Assembly (NCBI GenBank): GCA_964486105.1
Contig: CAZAKR010000005.1
Location: 7,384-71,383 of the forward strand
Length of the DNA stretch: 64,000 bases
Source of the DNA: an uncultured Rhodospirillaceae bacterium
Lineage (GTDB): Bacteria; Pseudomonadota; Alphaproteobacteria; UBA11136
Direction of reading: 5' to 3'
Part shown: piece after piece, positions 7,932 through 18,683 of the stretch
Layout of the letters: each line of letters starts with the position of its first letter
Position numbering within the stretch: the first letter of the stretch is position 1
Notes under the pieces: model-generated
Databases searched by the model: none
What the model saw: the letters and a program-made list of their open reading frames with translations, nothing else
What the model was told of the DNA's origin: nothing
Program-made: the position numbers and the translations under genes

Positions 7932-10900
7932 ATGCATCTGCTGGCCGCACAACCAGGGGGCGTGGAAGGGGGCGAGGCCGTCGATCTAGGCCAGACCCCC
8001 GGTGACATCGTCGTCCTGAGTGCCGCCGACAGTGATATCGCCTGCCTTGCCGCGGCCTATGAGCGGATTACGAAGGATGAGGCCGGGACCGCCCCGAGCC
8101 TGCGTCTGGCCAACTTTATGAACCTCACCCACAATTTATCGGTCGATCTTTTCGTCGAGAATATTGTTTCGAAAGCAAAACTTGTTGTGGTCCGGTTGCT
8201 CGGGGGGGTCGGCTATTGGCCTTACGGGGCTGAGCAAATCGCTGCCGCCTGCCGGCAACATAATATTCCCCTCGCCGTTCTGCCCGGCGACGACCAGCCC
8301 GATGCGGCCCTGGCCGCGCTTTCCACCCTTAAGCGGGAGGCCGCCCACCGGCTCTGGCAATACGGCGTCCATGGGGGGATTGAGAACGCCGTCAACTTTA
8401 TCCGTTTTGCCAGCGATCTGATCTCTGTCGAGGGGAGCGACAACAAAACCCCGTGGATTGAACCCGCCCCCCTGCTCCGTGCCGGCCTTTACTGGCCGGG
8501 CCGGACCGCCGCCGGTCTTGAGGATATCCGGCAAGACTGGCGTGAGGGCGCACCAATTGCGGCGATTGTCTTTTACCGCGCCCTGGTTCAGGCGGCCAAC
8601 ACCGCGCCCATTGACGCGGTTATTGTTGCGCTTACCGAACGAGGCCTTAACCCCTTGCCTCTCTACGCCTCCAGCCTCAAAGACCCGGTGGCCGCGGCAC
8701 TGATCGCCGGAATTGTCGAGGACGCCCCCCCCGACGTGATCCTTAACGGCACCGGGTTTGCCCTCTCGACGCCGGGGGGTGATTTTACCCCCGCCCCCTT
8801 TAATCCCGCCGCCGCGCCGGTTCTGCAAATCGTTTTCGCCGGTATGAGCGAGGCCGCCTGGGAACAAGGCCTCCACGGCCTCTCGCCGCGGGATCTGGCG
8901 ATGAGCGTGGCCCTGCCGGAGGTTGACGGGCGGATTTTCACCCGCGCCGTCTCGTTTAAGGAAATCGTCAAACGGGATGATCATTGCCAATGCGATATCA
9001 TCGCCCATAAGCCGCGCCTTGAGCGCATCGAATTTACCGCCGATCTGGCGCTCGCCTGGAGCGATCTTACACGCAGCCCGGCGCCCCAACGCCGGGTGGC
9101 GATGGTGCTGGCCAATTACCCCAACAAGGACGGGCGCCTCGGCAACGGCGTCGGGCTGGATACTCCGGCCGGCGCGATCAACGTACTCAACGCCATGGAG
9201 GATGCGGGTTACGACGTCACCGGCAGGCCTTTGACCGGGGCCGAACTGATCGACCGCCTGGCCGCCGGGCCGACCAATGATTTGTCTGATCTGGCAAACC
9301 GGAACGTCAGCGAAACTTTTTCTCTGGGCGATTACCAGCGCCATTTTGACGCCCTGCCCGAAAGCCTGCGCCGCGCGGTTGAAGCGCGCTGGGGGGCGGC
9401 CCAGGACGACCCCTTTATTCAGGGCGGGGAATTCGCTCTGCCCTGTTATCGTTTTGAAAATGTAACGATATGCCTTCAGCCGGCCCGGGGCTTTAACATC
9501 GACCCCAAAGCGAGTTATCACAGCCCTGATCTGGTGCCGCCCCACAATTATTTCGCCCTTTATTTCTGGCTGCGTCATGATTTTATGGCCCAGGCCGTCA
9601 TTCACCTGGGCAAGCACGGCAACCTTGAATGGCTGCCCGGCAAGGCGCTGGCACTCTCGGCTCAATGCTATCCCGAAGCCATTTTGGGGCCGATGCCCCA
9701 TCTCTATCCCTTCATCGTCAATGATCCCGGTGAGGGGACCCAGGCGAAACGGCGGTCGGCGGCGGTCATTATCGACCATTTGACCCCGCCCCTGACCCGC
9801 GCCGAGAGTTACGGGGCGCTGGCCGAGATTGAACAACTGGCCGACGAATATTATGAGGCCACCGGCCTCGACCCCCGGCGGATTGAGGTTTTATCCCGGG
9901 ACATCATCGAAAAAGTGCAGCTTTCCGGCCTTGATATCGATTGCGGCATTAATAAAAACGATAGCGAAACAACCGCCCTGGCTAAGCTCGACGCCTATCT
10001 GTGTGACCTGAAAGAAATGCAGATCCGCGACGGTCTCCATATTTTCGGCCAATCCCCCGATGGCGACCAGATGACCGATCTTCTGGTTGCCTTGCTGCGC
10101 ACGCCACGCGGCACTGGTGAGGCAGCCGACGCTTCGCTGATCCGCGCCCTGGCTGACGATCTGGCTCTCGGGGCTGGTTTTGACCCCCTCGACTGCAATA
10201 TGGGCGCGCCCTGGCAAGGCCCGCGGCCGCCTGAACTTGCCGGCCCGTCTTTATGGCGGCTGACCGGCGACACGGTGGAACGCCTGGAAGCCCTGGCCCG
10301 GTCCCTGGTCGCCGGGGAAAATGTTGCGCCAGCGCAATGGACCCGCACCCGCGCCATCCTCGCCTGGCTGGAAAGCGATCTGCGCCCCGCGGTCGAAAAA
10401 TGCGGGAGGGGTGAAATCGCCGGGATCATCGACGGGCTTTCGGGGCGTTTCATCACCCCCGGCCCCTCCGGCGCGCCGACCCGCGGGCGCCCCGACGTCC
10501 TGCCCACCGGGCGCAATTTCTATTCCGTCGATACCCGCATCGTGCCGACACCTTCGGCCTGGCAGCTGGGCTGGAAATCGGCCCAGCGCCTGGTCCAGCG
10601 CCACGCCCAGGAAAACGGCGACTGGCCCCGGCGGCTGGCGCTTTCGGTCTGGGGCACCAGCAACATGCGCACCGGCGGTGACGATATCGCCCAGGCCCTT
10701 GCTTTGCTTGGCGCCCGGCCGGTCTGGGAAACGGCCTCTCGCCGGGTCACCGGATTTGAAATCCTCCCCCTCTCCCTGCTTGACCGGCCCCGGGTCGATG
10801 TGACGCTCAGGGTCTCGGGTTTTTTCCGTGACGCCTTTCCCGGCCTCGTCGATCTGTTCGACAGCGCCGTTGCCGCCGTCGCCGCCCTTGATGAGCCGGC

Positions 10901-11720
10901 CAATGACAACCCGCTGGCCGAGCGTGTCCGCCTTGAGGCCGCAACATTTCAACGCGACGGCTTGGCGGCGGATGCCGCATTTTCCCGCGCTTCGACAAGG
11001 GTTTTCGGCTCCATGCCGGGGGCTTACGGCGCCGGGTTGCAGGCCCTGATCGATGAACGCGGATGGACGGACAGCGCCGATCTGGCCCGGGCCTATGTCG
11101 CCTGGGGAGGATATGCCTATGGCGGCGCACGCCGGGGAAAAGCCGAACACGCTCTTTTCAACTCCCGCCTGGGGCAGATCGAGGCGGTGGTCCACAATCA
11201 GGACAACCGCGAGCATGATCTTCTCGACAGCGATGATTATTATCAGTTCGAAGGCGGGATGACGGCAGCCGTCCGCGAAGCCTCGGGCCGCGCCCCCAGC
11301 GTCTATCACAACGACCATTCGCGCCCGCAATCCCCCGTCATCCGCACTTTGGAAGAAGAAATTGCCCGTGTCGTGCGGGCCCGGGTGGTCAACCCGAAAT
11401 GGATAAAAGGCGTCATGCGCCACGGCTATAAAGGCGCTTTCGAGATGGCGGCGACGGTCGATTACCTCTTTGCCTTCGCCGCCACCGCCCATTGCGTCAG
11501 GGATCATCATTTCGATGCGGTCTTTGACGCCTATATCCGCGATGAGACCGTCCGCGACTTTTTCCGCGAATATAATCCCAGCGCCTGGCAGGAAATGACG
11601 GCGCGGCTTATGGAGGCTCTCGACAGGGGTCTGTGGCGGCCGCGCTTGAACTCCGCCCATGAAGAGCTCGCCCACCAAGGCGCCAAAAGCACAACCCAAC
11701 AGCAAAGGCAGATGTCATGA
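7932..11720 (+). CDS. cobN: Cobaltochelatase large subunit CobN
   Basis: 1262-aa protein with full-length CobN/Mg-chelatase H family similarity. It sits directly downstream of cobW, as in many B12 operons. Confidence 0.9.
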   Translation: MHLLAAQPGGVEGGEAVDLGQTPGDIVVLSAADSDIACLAAAYERITKDEAGTAPSLRLANFMNLTHNLSVDLFVENIVSKAKLVVVRLLGGVGYWPYGAEQIAAACRQHNIPLAVLPGDDQPDAALAALSTLKREAAHRLWQYGVHGGIENAVNFIRFASDLISVEGSDNKTPWIEPAPLLRAGLYWPGRTAAGLEDIRQDWREGAPIAAIVFYRALVQAANTAPIDAVIVALTERGLNPLPLYASSLKDPVAAALIAGIVEDAPPDVILNGTGFALSTPGGDFTPAPFNPAAAPVLQIVFAGMSEAAWEQGLHGLSPRDLAMSVALPEVDGRIFTRAVSFKEIVKRDDHCQCDIIAHKPRLERIEFTADLALAWSDLTRSPAPQRRVAMVLANYPNKDGRLGNGVGLDTPAGAINVLNAMEDAGYDVTGRPLTGAELIDRLAAGPTNDLSDLANRNVSETFSLGDYQRHFDALPESLRRAVEARWGAAQDDPFIQGGEFALPCYRFENVTICLQPARGFNIDPKASYHSPDLVPPHNYFALYFWLRHDFMAQAVIHLGKHGNLEWLPGKALALSAQCYPEAILGPMPHLYPFIVNDPGEGTQAKRRSAAVIIDHLTPPLTRAESYGALAEIEQLADEYYEATGLDPRRIEVLSRDIIEKVQLSGLDIDCGINKNDSETTALAKLDAYLCDLKEMQIRDGLHIFGQSPDGDQMTDLLVALLRTPRGTGEAADASLIRALADDLALGAGFDPLDCNMGAPWQGPRPPELAGPSLWRLTGDTVERLEALARSLVAGENVAPAQWTRTRAILAWLESDLRPAVEKCGRGEIAGIIDGLSGRFITPGPSGAPTRGRPDVLPTGRNFYSVDTRIVPTPSAWQLGWKSAQRLVQRHAQENGDWPRRLALSVWGTSNMRTGGDDIAQALALLGARPVWETASRRVTGFEILPLSLLDRPRVDVTLRVSGFFRDAFPGLVDLFDSAVAAVAALDEPANDNPLAERVRLEAATFQRDGLAADAAFSRASTRVFGSMPGAYGAGLQALIDERGWTDSADLARAYVAWGGYAYGGARRGKAEHALFNSRLGQIEAVVHNQDNREHDLLDSDDYYQFEGGMTAAVREASGRAPSVYHNDHSRPQSPVIRTLEEEIARVVRARVVNPKWIKGVMRHGYKGAFEMAATVDYLFAFAATAHCVRDHHFDAVFDAYIRDETVRDFFREYNPSAWQEMTARLMEALDRGLWRPRLNSAHEELAHQGAKSTTQQQRQMS

Positions 11721-12325
11721 GTAACCAGGACGAGGCCCAGGCCCACAAGCAAAAGATGGAAAAGCGCAAGGCGCTGCACGACAAGAAGCTGGACGGGAAA
11801 AGCGGTGAAAAAGGCCTTCTTATCGTCCATACCGGGTCGGGCAAGGGAAAATCATCCGCCGCCTTCGGCATGGCCCTGCGCTGTGTCGGCCATGACATGC
11901 CCGTCGGCATCGTCCAGTTCATCAAAGGGGCCTGGGATACTGGCGAGCGCCGGGTGCTGGAGCGTTTTCCCGATCTCGTCACCTTCCTGGCGCTCGGCGA
12001 GGGGTTTACCTGGGAAACCCAGGACAAGGAGCGGGACGTTGCCGCCGCCAGGCAAGCCTGGGAGGCGGCCAAAAAGATGATCGCCGACCCCAACACGGCG
12101 ATGGTGATTCTCGACGAAATCAACATCGCTTTACGCTATGATTACCTCGACCTCGACGAGGTTCTCGACGTGCTGACAAACCGGCGCGACGGTCTTCATG
12201 TTGTCGCCACGGGACGCAATGCCAAACCCGGCCTGATCGAGGCCGCCGATCTGGTGACCGAGATGACACTGGTCAAGCATCCCTTCCGCGCCGGGGTAAA
12301 AGCCCAGGCGGGAATTGAATATTAA
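11717..12325 (+). CDS. cobO: Cob(I)yrinic acid a,c-diamide adenosyltransferase
   Basis: BtuR/CobO family: HTGSGKGKSSAAFG P-loop and a conserved C-terminal region. Its start overlaps the cobN stop (ATGA). Confidence 0.9.
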   Translation: MSNQDEAQAHKQKMEKRKALHDKKLDGKSGEKGLLIVHTGSGKGKSSAAFGMALRCVGHDMPVGIVQFIKGAWDTGERRVLERFPDLVTFLALGEGFTWETQDKERDVAAARQAWEAAKKMIADPNTAMVILDEINIALRYDYLDLDEVLDVLTNRRDGLHVVATGRNAKPGLIEAADLVTEMTLVKHPFRAGVKAQAGIEY

Positions 12326-12380
12326 ATGGTTCGGAAAAGCCGGGCCAATTTCACGCGAAGCCAAAAGGAGTTCTAGACCG

Positions 12381-13070
12381 ATGAATATAATTCTCCACAG
12401 CCGCCGCCTTTTTCTGGCCGTGGCGCTGATCTTTGCTATGAGCGCAGTACCGGCCCAGCAATCAAAAGCCGCCAACGAGTCCAATGAGCTGGTCGTCCAG
12501 GCCAAACTCACCGCCGAATCCCTGTTGAACAATCCCGATTATCAAACCCTTCAGACATTGCTTAAGGACGCCAAGGGCGTGCTCATCTTTCCTAGCATGC
12601 TGAAGGCCGCCTTCTTCTTCGGCGCCGAAGGCGGTAGCGGCGTGTTGCTTGCCCGCAATAATGACGGCAGCTGGGGCTATCCGGCTTTTTACACGATCGG
12701 AGCGGGCAGCTTCGGCCTCCAATGGGGCGGCCAGGATTCCCAGGTGATTTTCGCCATCATGACTGACCGGGGCATCAACTCGGTAATCAACCAGCAGGTT
12801 AAACTGGGCGCTGACGTCAGTGTCGCCGTCGGTCCCGTCGGCATTGGCGCCGAAGCGGCCACCACCGCCCAGCTCGCCGATATGTATTCCTTTTCCCAGG
12901 CCCGGGGCGCCTTTGCCGGGGTTTCGTTCAAGGGAGCCGTCATCTACGGACGCGACGGTCTGAACGAGGATTATTACGGCACCCCGGCAACCGCCACCCA
13001 GATCGTCATTGACCGCCAGTTCAAGAACCCGGCGGCCGACGGGCTGCGCGGCGCCCTGGCCGGTCACTAG
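12381..13070 (+). CDS. SYLF (Ysc84/DUF500) domain exported protein embedded in the cob operon
   Basis: Signal peptide (MNIILHSRRLFLAVALIFAMSAVPA) followed by the SYLF pattern (…GAEGGSGVLLARNNDGSWGYPAFY…GLQWGGQ…). It lies between cobO and cobQ on the same strand. Confidence 0.65.
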   Translation: MNIILHSRRLFLAVALIFAMSAVPAQQSKAANESNELVVQAKLTAESLLNNPDYQTLQTLLKDAKGVLIFPSMLKAAFFFGAEGGSGVLLARNNDGSWGYPAFYTIGAGSFGLQWGGQDSQVIFAIMTDRGINSVINQQVKLGADVSVAVGPVGIGAEAATTAQLADMYSFSQARGAFAGVSFKGAVIYGRDGLNEDYYGTPATATQIVIDRQFKNPAADGLRGALAGH

Positions 13071-13095
13071 GCTGTTCCAGGCAAGGCTTGAATAG

Positions 13096-14634
13096 ATGAG
13101 CTCTCCGGCTTCACCCAAAAACGGCAACCGGCAACCGGTCCCTGCCCTGATGATTCAGGGCACGGGGTCGGATGTCGGCAAGTCGCTGCTGGTGGCGGGA
13201 CTGGCCCGGGCCTTTACCCGGCGCGGTTTGAGTGTGCGTCCGTTTAAGCCTCAGAACATGTCCAACAACGCCGCCGTTACAGATGATTGCGGTGAGATCG
13301 GTCGCGCCCAGGCCTTGCAGGCGCGCGCCTGCGGCGTCAATCCGTCGGTTCACATGAACCCGGTACTGCTCAAGCCCCAATCGGATCAAGGCGCCCAGAT
13401 CATCGTCCAGGGGCGCGTTTACAAAACCGCGAATGCCCGGGATTATCATGCGCTCAAACCCGATCTTCTGGCCCCGGTGCTGGAAAGCTTCGATGAAATA
13501 TCGAAAGACGCCGATCTTGTCCTGATCGAGGGCGCGGGCAGCCCCGCCGAGGTTAACCTGCGACAATCCGACATCGCCAATATGGGGTTCGCCGAGGCAG
13601 CGCAAGTACCGGTGGTTCTGGTCGGCGATATTGAGCGTGGCGGCGTTATCGCAGCCCTGGTCGGCACCCATGCCCTGTTGCCCGAAAGCGAGCGCCGACA
13701 CATCAAGGGATATATCATCAACAAGTTCCGTGGCGACGTTGCCCTTTTTGATCCGGCCCTCGACATCATCCAGAATAAAACCGGGCTGCGCTGTTTCGGC
13801 GTTGTCCCCTGGCTTGAGAGCGCGCGCCTTCTTCCCGACGAGGACAGTGTCGCACTCGACCGCAAAGTTGAAAAAGCCATGGGGCGCGAAGATGCGCTCC
13901 GCATTGTCGTTCCGCGTCTGCCCCATATCGCCAATTTCGACGATTTCGATCCCCTGAAAGCCGAGGCGGATGTCGATCTTGAATTTGTAACGCCCGGCCA
14001 CCCTCTGCCGATTGATGCCGATCTGATTATTCTGCCCGGATCAAAAACCACGATTGCCGACCTTGCTGCTTTCCGCGCAGAGGGCTGGGACATCGACCTT
14101 TACGCCCATCACCGTCGCGGTGGCCGTGTGCTGGGGATTTGCGCTGGCTATCAGATGCTGGGGCGGCGGATCGCCGATCCATCAGGCATCGAAGGCGAGG
14201 CCGAGGATGGCGTTGCCGCGCTCGGCCTTCTCGATGTGGAAACGGTGATCGGAAAGGAAAAGACCCTGGCGCAATCCACCGGCACCTTTGGGGCCGAGGG
14301 CGTTTTGACCGAAGGCTATGAGATGCATATGGGCGAAACATCCGGCCCCGATTGCACCCGGCCTTTTCTTGATCTCGCCGGCAATGACGGAGCTGGCGGC
14401 GGCGCACGCTCTGGCGATGGCCGGGTTGAGGGCTGTTACGTTCACGGGCTTTTCGCCAATGACGATTTTCGCCGCAATTTTCTTGATGGCCTGCATCGCC
14501 CTGGTGACCAAGGCCCTGGGCAAAACGGCCCGTCATTCGATGGCAAAATCGAGGCGGCTCTCGACGAGCTGGCTGATCTGCTGGAAACACAGATTGACAT
14601 CGACCGCATGCTGGAGATCGCCCGTGCCCGCTAA
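13096..14634 (+). CDS. cobQ: Cobyric acid synthase
   Basis: 512 aa. It has an N-terminal CobQ/CbiP ATPase domain (GTGSDVGKS) and a C-terminal glutamine amidotransferase domain (GICAGYQML). Confidence 0.9.
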   Translation: MSSPASPKNGNRQPVPALMIQGTGSDVGKSLLVAGLARAFTRRGLSVRPFKPQNMSNNAAVTDDCGEIGRAQALQARACGVNPSVHMNPVLLKPQSDQGAQIIVQGRVYKTANARDYHALKPDLLAPVLESFDEISKDADLVLIEGAGSPAEVNLRQSDIANMGFAEAAQVPVVLVGDIERGGVIAALVGTHALLPESERRHIKGYIINKFRGDVALFDPALDIIQNKTGLRCFGVVPWLESARLLPDEDSVALDRKVEKAMGREDALRIVVPRLPHIANFDDFDPLKAEADVDLEFVTPGHPLPIDADLIILPGSKTTIADLAAFRAEGWDIDLYAHHRRGGRVLGICAGYQMLGRRIADPSGIEGEAEDGVAALGLLDVETVIGKEKTLAQSTGTFGAEGVLTEGYEMHMGETSGPDCTRPFLDLAGNDGAGGGARSGDGRVEGCYVHGLFANDDFRRNFLDGLHRPGDQGPGQNGPSFDGKIEAALDELADLLETQIDIDRMLEIARAR

Positions 14635-14641
14635 AGCGTTG

Positions 14642-15727
14642 CTAGCCGAACATGCCGGGCAGGGACTGGAAAAACCGCACAAGGTCGTCCAGCCACTGGG
14701 ACCATTGCCAGCCATAGGTGAGGCGGGCGGTAAGAAGAGAGGCAATACCCATGACCTGCAACAGGCAGGCGACCACGTAAAGATAAAGGGTGCGGGAAAT
14801 ATCCGCCGGCTTGAGGCGGGCGCGGCCGTCGCCGATCCACTCGTCCTCAACCATCGTCCCGCCATAGCGCCGCGGCCCGGCAAGGGCAAAACCCAGCGCC
14901 CCGGCCACCGCCCCTTCGGGCCAGCCGGCATTGGGCGAGGAATGGTTTTTGGCGTCGCGGATCATCACCGTCAGCGCCTTTACCGGCGAGGCTGTCGGCG
15001 TAAACAGGGCGGCAAGCGCCAGCAGCAATCCGGAAAGACGGGCGGGAATAAAGTTCAGCAGATCGTCGAGTTTGGCCGCCGCCATGCCGAAGGCATGATG
15101 ACGGGGCGTTTTATAGCCGATCATGCTGTCCATGGTATTGACCGTCTTATAAACAAAAAGCCCCGGCAGTCCGAAGAGCAGATACCAGAAAACCGGGGCC
15201 ACCACTCCGTCGGAGAAATTTTCGGCGCAGGATTCAATGCCGGCGCGAACCACTGCGTGTTCATCGAGCGAGTCCGGATCGCGGCCGACGATATGGCTGA
15301 CCGCCTTGCGCCCGCCGGCCAGGCCCTCAAACTGAAGCGCCTTGCCAACCGCGCTTACATGGTTGAAAAGATCGCGCTGGGAAATAAGGGTAACGATGAA
15401 GAAAAGCTCGATCAGCCAGCCATAGGGAATGCCATTGCTAAAACGATAGAGATAAGCCCCGGCAAAAGCGGCCAGAAAAATCAGGACCAGCGCCACCATG
15501 AGCCCGCGGGTAAAGCGGGTGACCTGGCTGCGGGTTTCCCGGTTGAGGCGGCGATCAAGATCGCCGATCAGAGCGCCGATGATCTTGACCGGGTGGGGAA
15601 CCACACGAAAAAAAAGCGGCATACCGCCGACCACCGCCTCAACAAGAAGGGCGATTAACAACAGGGCCAGAATATGGGTGCTGGCAAAGGCATCGGCGAG
15701 AACCATATCAAACATGGCACAGAGCAT
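14642..15727 (-). CDS. cobD: Adenosylcobinamide-phosphate synthase (CobD/CbiB)
   Basis: Multi-transmembrane CbiB family protein (…FSDGVVAPVFWYLLFGLPG…). The start is proposed at ATG 15727; the six-frame ORF is extended 5' to 16099 without support. Confidence 0.8.
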   Translation of the reverse strand: MLCAMFDMVLADAFASTHILALLLIALLVEAVVGGMPLFFRVVPHPVKIIGALIGDLDRRLNRETRSQVTRFTRGLMVALVLIFLAAFAGAYLYRFSNGIPYGWLIELFFIVTLISQRDLFNHVSAVGKALQFEGLAGGRKAVSHIVGRDPDSLDEHAVVRAGIESCAENFSDGVVAPVFWYLLFGLPGLFVYKTVNTMDSMIGYKTPRHHAFGMAAAKLDDLLNFIPARLSGLLLALAALFTPTASPVKALTVMIRDAKNHSSPNAGWPEGAVAGALGFALAGPRRYGGTMVEDEWIGDGRARLKPADISRTLYLYVVACLLQVMGIASLLTARLTYGWQWSQWLDDLVRFFQSLPGMFG

Positions 15728-15811
15728 GGGACGCCGCGACAAAGAGGTCAATCGGCAATTCCGGCCGCCTATAAAAATCCAATACGGATAACGAAAAGGA
15801 CATAACGGAAC

Positions 15812-16765
15812 GTGACAAAAAAAACAGGCATCATGATCTGCGGCCATGGCAGCCGCGACACCGGCGCGGTCAGGGAATTTGAAAGTCTGGCCAGAGGAAT
15901 GAAAGAACGGCTGCCCGACTACCTTGTGGATTCCGGTTTTCTCGAATTCGCCACGCCGACCATACGCACCGGACTCGAAAATCTTAAAAACAGTGGCGTC
16001 GAGCGCATTCTCGCCATACCCGCCATGCTGTTTGCCGCCGGACATGTGAAAAACGACATCCCCTGGGAGCTCAACAACTTTTCCGCCGACAATCCGCAAA
16101 TCGAGTTGAGTTGCGCCCGCGACCTGTCGATCGACTTCAAGCTTCTGAAAGCCGCGTCCGAACGTATCGAAGAAGCGGAAAAAGCAGCCGGCGGCGAAGT
16201 GCCGCGCGCCGAGACCCTGCTTATGGTGGTCGGCAGGGGCACCAACGATCCGGACGCAAATTCCAGCATTTCAAAAATATCCCGCATGCTCTGGGAAGGC
16301 ATGGGGTTCGGCTGGGCCGAAACCTGCTACAGCGGCGTCGCCCACCCGCGGGTGGATGAGGGACTGGACCGGGTGGCGCGTATGGGATTTAAGCGCATCA
16401 TTGTCTTTCCCTATTTTCTGTTCACCGGCATTCTGGTTAACCGCATCTATGACCAGAGCGACGAGGTCGCCGCGCGCTGGCCCGATGTCGAGTTCGTCAA
16501 GGCGAGCTATCTCAACGACCATCCCCTGGTCCTCGACTGCATGGCCGAACGGGCCCAGGAAATTCTTACCGGCGACAATTCAATGAACTGTCTGTTGTGC
16601 AAATACCGTGAACAGGTGATCGGTTACGAGGACGACAAGGGGGCCGTCCAGGCCGGCCATCATCATCACGTAAGCGGCATCGGCACCGATGACGATCATC
16701 ATCACGGCCACGACCACGGCCATGGCGGAGCCCATACCGATACACCCAAAAAGGCCGCAACATGA
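15812..16765 (+). CDS. cbiX: Sirohydrochlorin cobaltochelatase, long form (CbiX-L) with a C-terminal MxCxxC Fe-S motif and a His-rich tail
   Basis: Two CbiX half-domains (ICGHGSRD… and …VVGRGTNDPDA…), a C-terminal NCLLCKY motif, and a His-rich HHHHVSGIGTDDDHHHGHDHGHG tail. The ORF starts with GTG 15812; the alternative is ATG 15833. Confidence 0.8.
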   Translation: MTKKTGIMICGHGSRDTGAVREFESLARGMKERLPDYLVDSGFLEFATPTIRTGLENLKNSGVERILAIPAMLFAAGHVKNDIPWELNNFSADNPQIELSCARDLSIDFKLLKAASERIEEAEKAAGGEVPRAETLLMVVGRGTNDPDANSSISKISRMLWEGMGFGWAETCYSGVAHPRVDEGLDRVARMGFKRIIVFPYFLFTGILVNRIYDQSDEVAARWPDVEFVKASYLNDHPLVLDCMAERAQEILTGDNSMNCLLCKYREQVIGYEDDKGAVQAGHHHHVSGIGTDDDHHHGHDHGHGGAHTDTPKKAAT

Positions 16766-17460
16766 GCTTCGATTATATCCGCGACCCCGAAGAGATTACC
16801 CGGCGCTCGTTTGAAGAGATTCTCAACACCGCCGATTTCAGTGGTATTCCCGACCCTCTGCTTGCAGTTGCCGTGCGCCTGGTGCATGCCTGCGCCCTGC
16901 CCGGGATCGTCACCGATCTCGCCTGGTCGGAAAATGCTGCGGCAAAGGGCGAGGCGGCCCTAAAGGCCGGTGCGCCGGTATTCTGCGACGCCAGGATGGT
17001 CGCCGAGGGCGTTATCCGCCCCCGCCTGCCAGCGGAGAATAAAATTATCTGCACGCTCAATGAGCCTGGAATCGAGGCCGAGGCAAAAAAGAGCGAAACC
17101 ACCCGCTCGGCGCAAGCCGTTAATTTGTGGACGGACCGGCTTGAAGGCGCAATTGTCGCCATCGGCAATGCCCCGACGGCCCTCTTTCGCCTGCTTGAGA
17201 TCATCGCCGATGGCGGGGGGCGTCCCGCCGTAATTCTGGGCTTTCCCATCGGCTTTATCGGGGCTGCTGAATCAAAAGAGGCGCTGATCGTTGAGGCGGA
17301 AAAACGCGGCCTCGACTATATTACCCTGCGCGGACGCTTTGGCGGCAGCGCCCTGGCCGCGGCCAGTGTCAACGCCCTGGCGCGCAGCGCCACTGAGATG
17401 GACACGCCGCGCAGCGCCACGGAGAGCGAAGCCGAACCCACATCGACAGGCGGCCAATGA
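16762..17460 (+). CDS. cobH: Precorrin-8X methylmutase
   Basis: CbiC/CobH family similarity across 232 aa. Its start overlaps the cbiX stop. Confidence 0.9.
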   Translation: MSFDYIRDPEEITRRSFEEILNTADFSGIPDPLLAVAVRLVHACALPGIVTDLAWSENAAAKGEAALKAGAPVFCDARMVAEGVIRPRLPAENKIICTLNEPGIEAEAKKSETTRSAQAVNLWTDRLEGAIVAIGNAPTALFRLLEIIADGGGRPAVILGFPIGFIGAAESKEALIVEAEKRGLDYITLRGRFGGSALAAASVNALARSATEMDTPRSATESEAEPTSTGGQ

Positions 17461-18683
17461 ACAGCTCTCCCTGGCTCTCAATTATCGGCATCGGCGAAGA
17501 CGGCCTGGACGGTCTGTCCTCCCCGGCCCGCGCCCTGATCGAAGGAGCCGCCACCCTTATCGGCGGTGAGCGCCATCTCGCCCTGGCGCCGAATGGCGAC
17601 GCCGAACGCCTGACCTGGGAGAGCCCGCTCTCAAACACCCTCGACGCCATCGCCGCCCGCAAGGGCTCCCCGGTCGTTGTGCTGGCCAGCGGCGACCCCA
17701 TGCAATACGGGATCGGCGTTGCCCTTGCCAAACGCTTTGAGGCTGACGAAATCCAGGTTTTTCCCGTCGCCGGGGCGGTGTCCCTGGCCTGTGCCCGGCT
17801 CGGCTGGGATGTCGCCGGGGCGGAAGTTGTCACCCTGCACGGGCGACCCCTTGCCCTGCTTTATGGCTGGCTGCGTCCGGCTGCCAGATTATTGATTCTC
17901 TCAGAAGACGGCGGGACCCCGGCCGAAATTGCCAGCGCCTTGACGAGTAGCGGCTATGGTGAAAGTCCGATCACAGTGTTCGAGCATCTCGGCGGTGAAA
18001 AGGAAACCCGCCTCGAGGCGAGGGCGAGCGCCTGGGAAAGACAAAAATGCGCAGATCTCAACATCGTCGCCCTTGAGTGCAGGGCCGATAACGACGCCCG
18101 GCCCCTGCCGCTCATTCCCGGCCTGCGAGATGACGCCTTTCACCATGACGGCCAGATCACCAAGCGGGTGGTCCGTGCCGCAACCCTGGCGGCGCTCATG
18201 CCGTTTCCCCGGTCCCTGCTCTGGGATGTCGGTGCGGGCGCCGGCTCCGTCGCCATTGAATGGCTGCGCTGTGAAACGACGGCTGGGGCCATCGCTTTTG
18301 AGCGCCACCCGGCCCGCGCCGAACGGATCACCGAAAACGCCAACCGCCTCGGCGTTCCCCGCCTTCAGGTGGTTGTCGGTGACGCCCCAGATGTATTAGT
18401 CCAAGCGGCAAGTGACGGCGCCGCCCCCGATGCCCTGTTCCTTGGTGGTGGCCTTGCGACGCCTGGGATGATCGAGGCCTGCTGGTCGGCATTGAAACCC
18501 GGCGGACGGCTGGTCGCCAATGCGGTGACGGAAAAAAGCGCCGATCTACTGACCGCCTTTGCCGCACGCCATGGCGGCTCTCTGACCCGGATCGCGGTTT
18601 CCCATGCCTCGCCCGGCACCGATGACGCCGACTGGCAGGGCCGGCTTGCGGTCACTCAGCTTATCGCCGGGAAGCCGCAATGA
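17457..18683 (+). CDS. cobL: Precorrin-6Y C5,15-methyltransferase (decarboxylating), CbiE/CbiT fusion
   Basis: N-terminal tetrapyrrole methylase domain plus C-terminal SAM methyltransferase domain (VGAGAGSVAIE). Confidence 0.9.
   Translation: MNSSPWLSIIGIGEDGLDGLSSPARALIEGAATLIGGERHLALAPNGDAERLTWESPLSNTLDAIAARKGSPVVVLASGDPMQYGIGVALAKRFEADEIQVFPVAGAVSLACARLGWDVAGAEVVTLHGRPLALLYGWLRPAARLLILSEDGGTPAEIASALTSSGYGESPITVFEHLGGEKETRLEARASAWERQKCADLNIVALECRADNDARPLPLIPGLRDDAFHHDGQITKRVVRAATLAALMPFPRSLLWDVGAGAGSVAIEWLRCETTAGAIAFERHPARAERITENANRLGVPRLQVVVGDAPDVLVQAASDGAAPDALFLGGGLATPGMIEACWSALKPGGRLVANAVTEKSADLLTAFAARHGGSLTRIAVSHASPGTDDADWQGRLAVTQLIAGKPQ

Noticed and set aside
8136-11705. Long minus-strand ORFs (8136..9836 566 aa; 10251..11705 484 aa) inside cobN
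   Set aside because: Antisense shadow ORFs, low-complexity and Gly/Arg/Pro-rich. The cobN reading frame on the + strand has full-length family similarity.
14318-15658. 446-aa + strand ORF overlapping cobD
   Set aside because: Antisense to the well-supported CbiB/CobD membrane protein. No domain signature.
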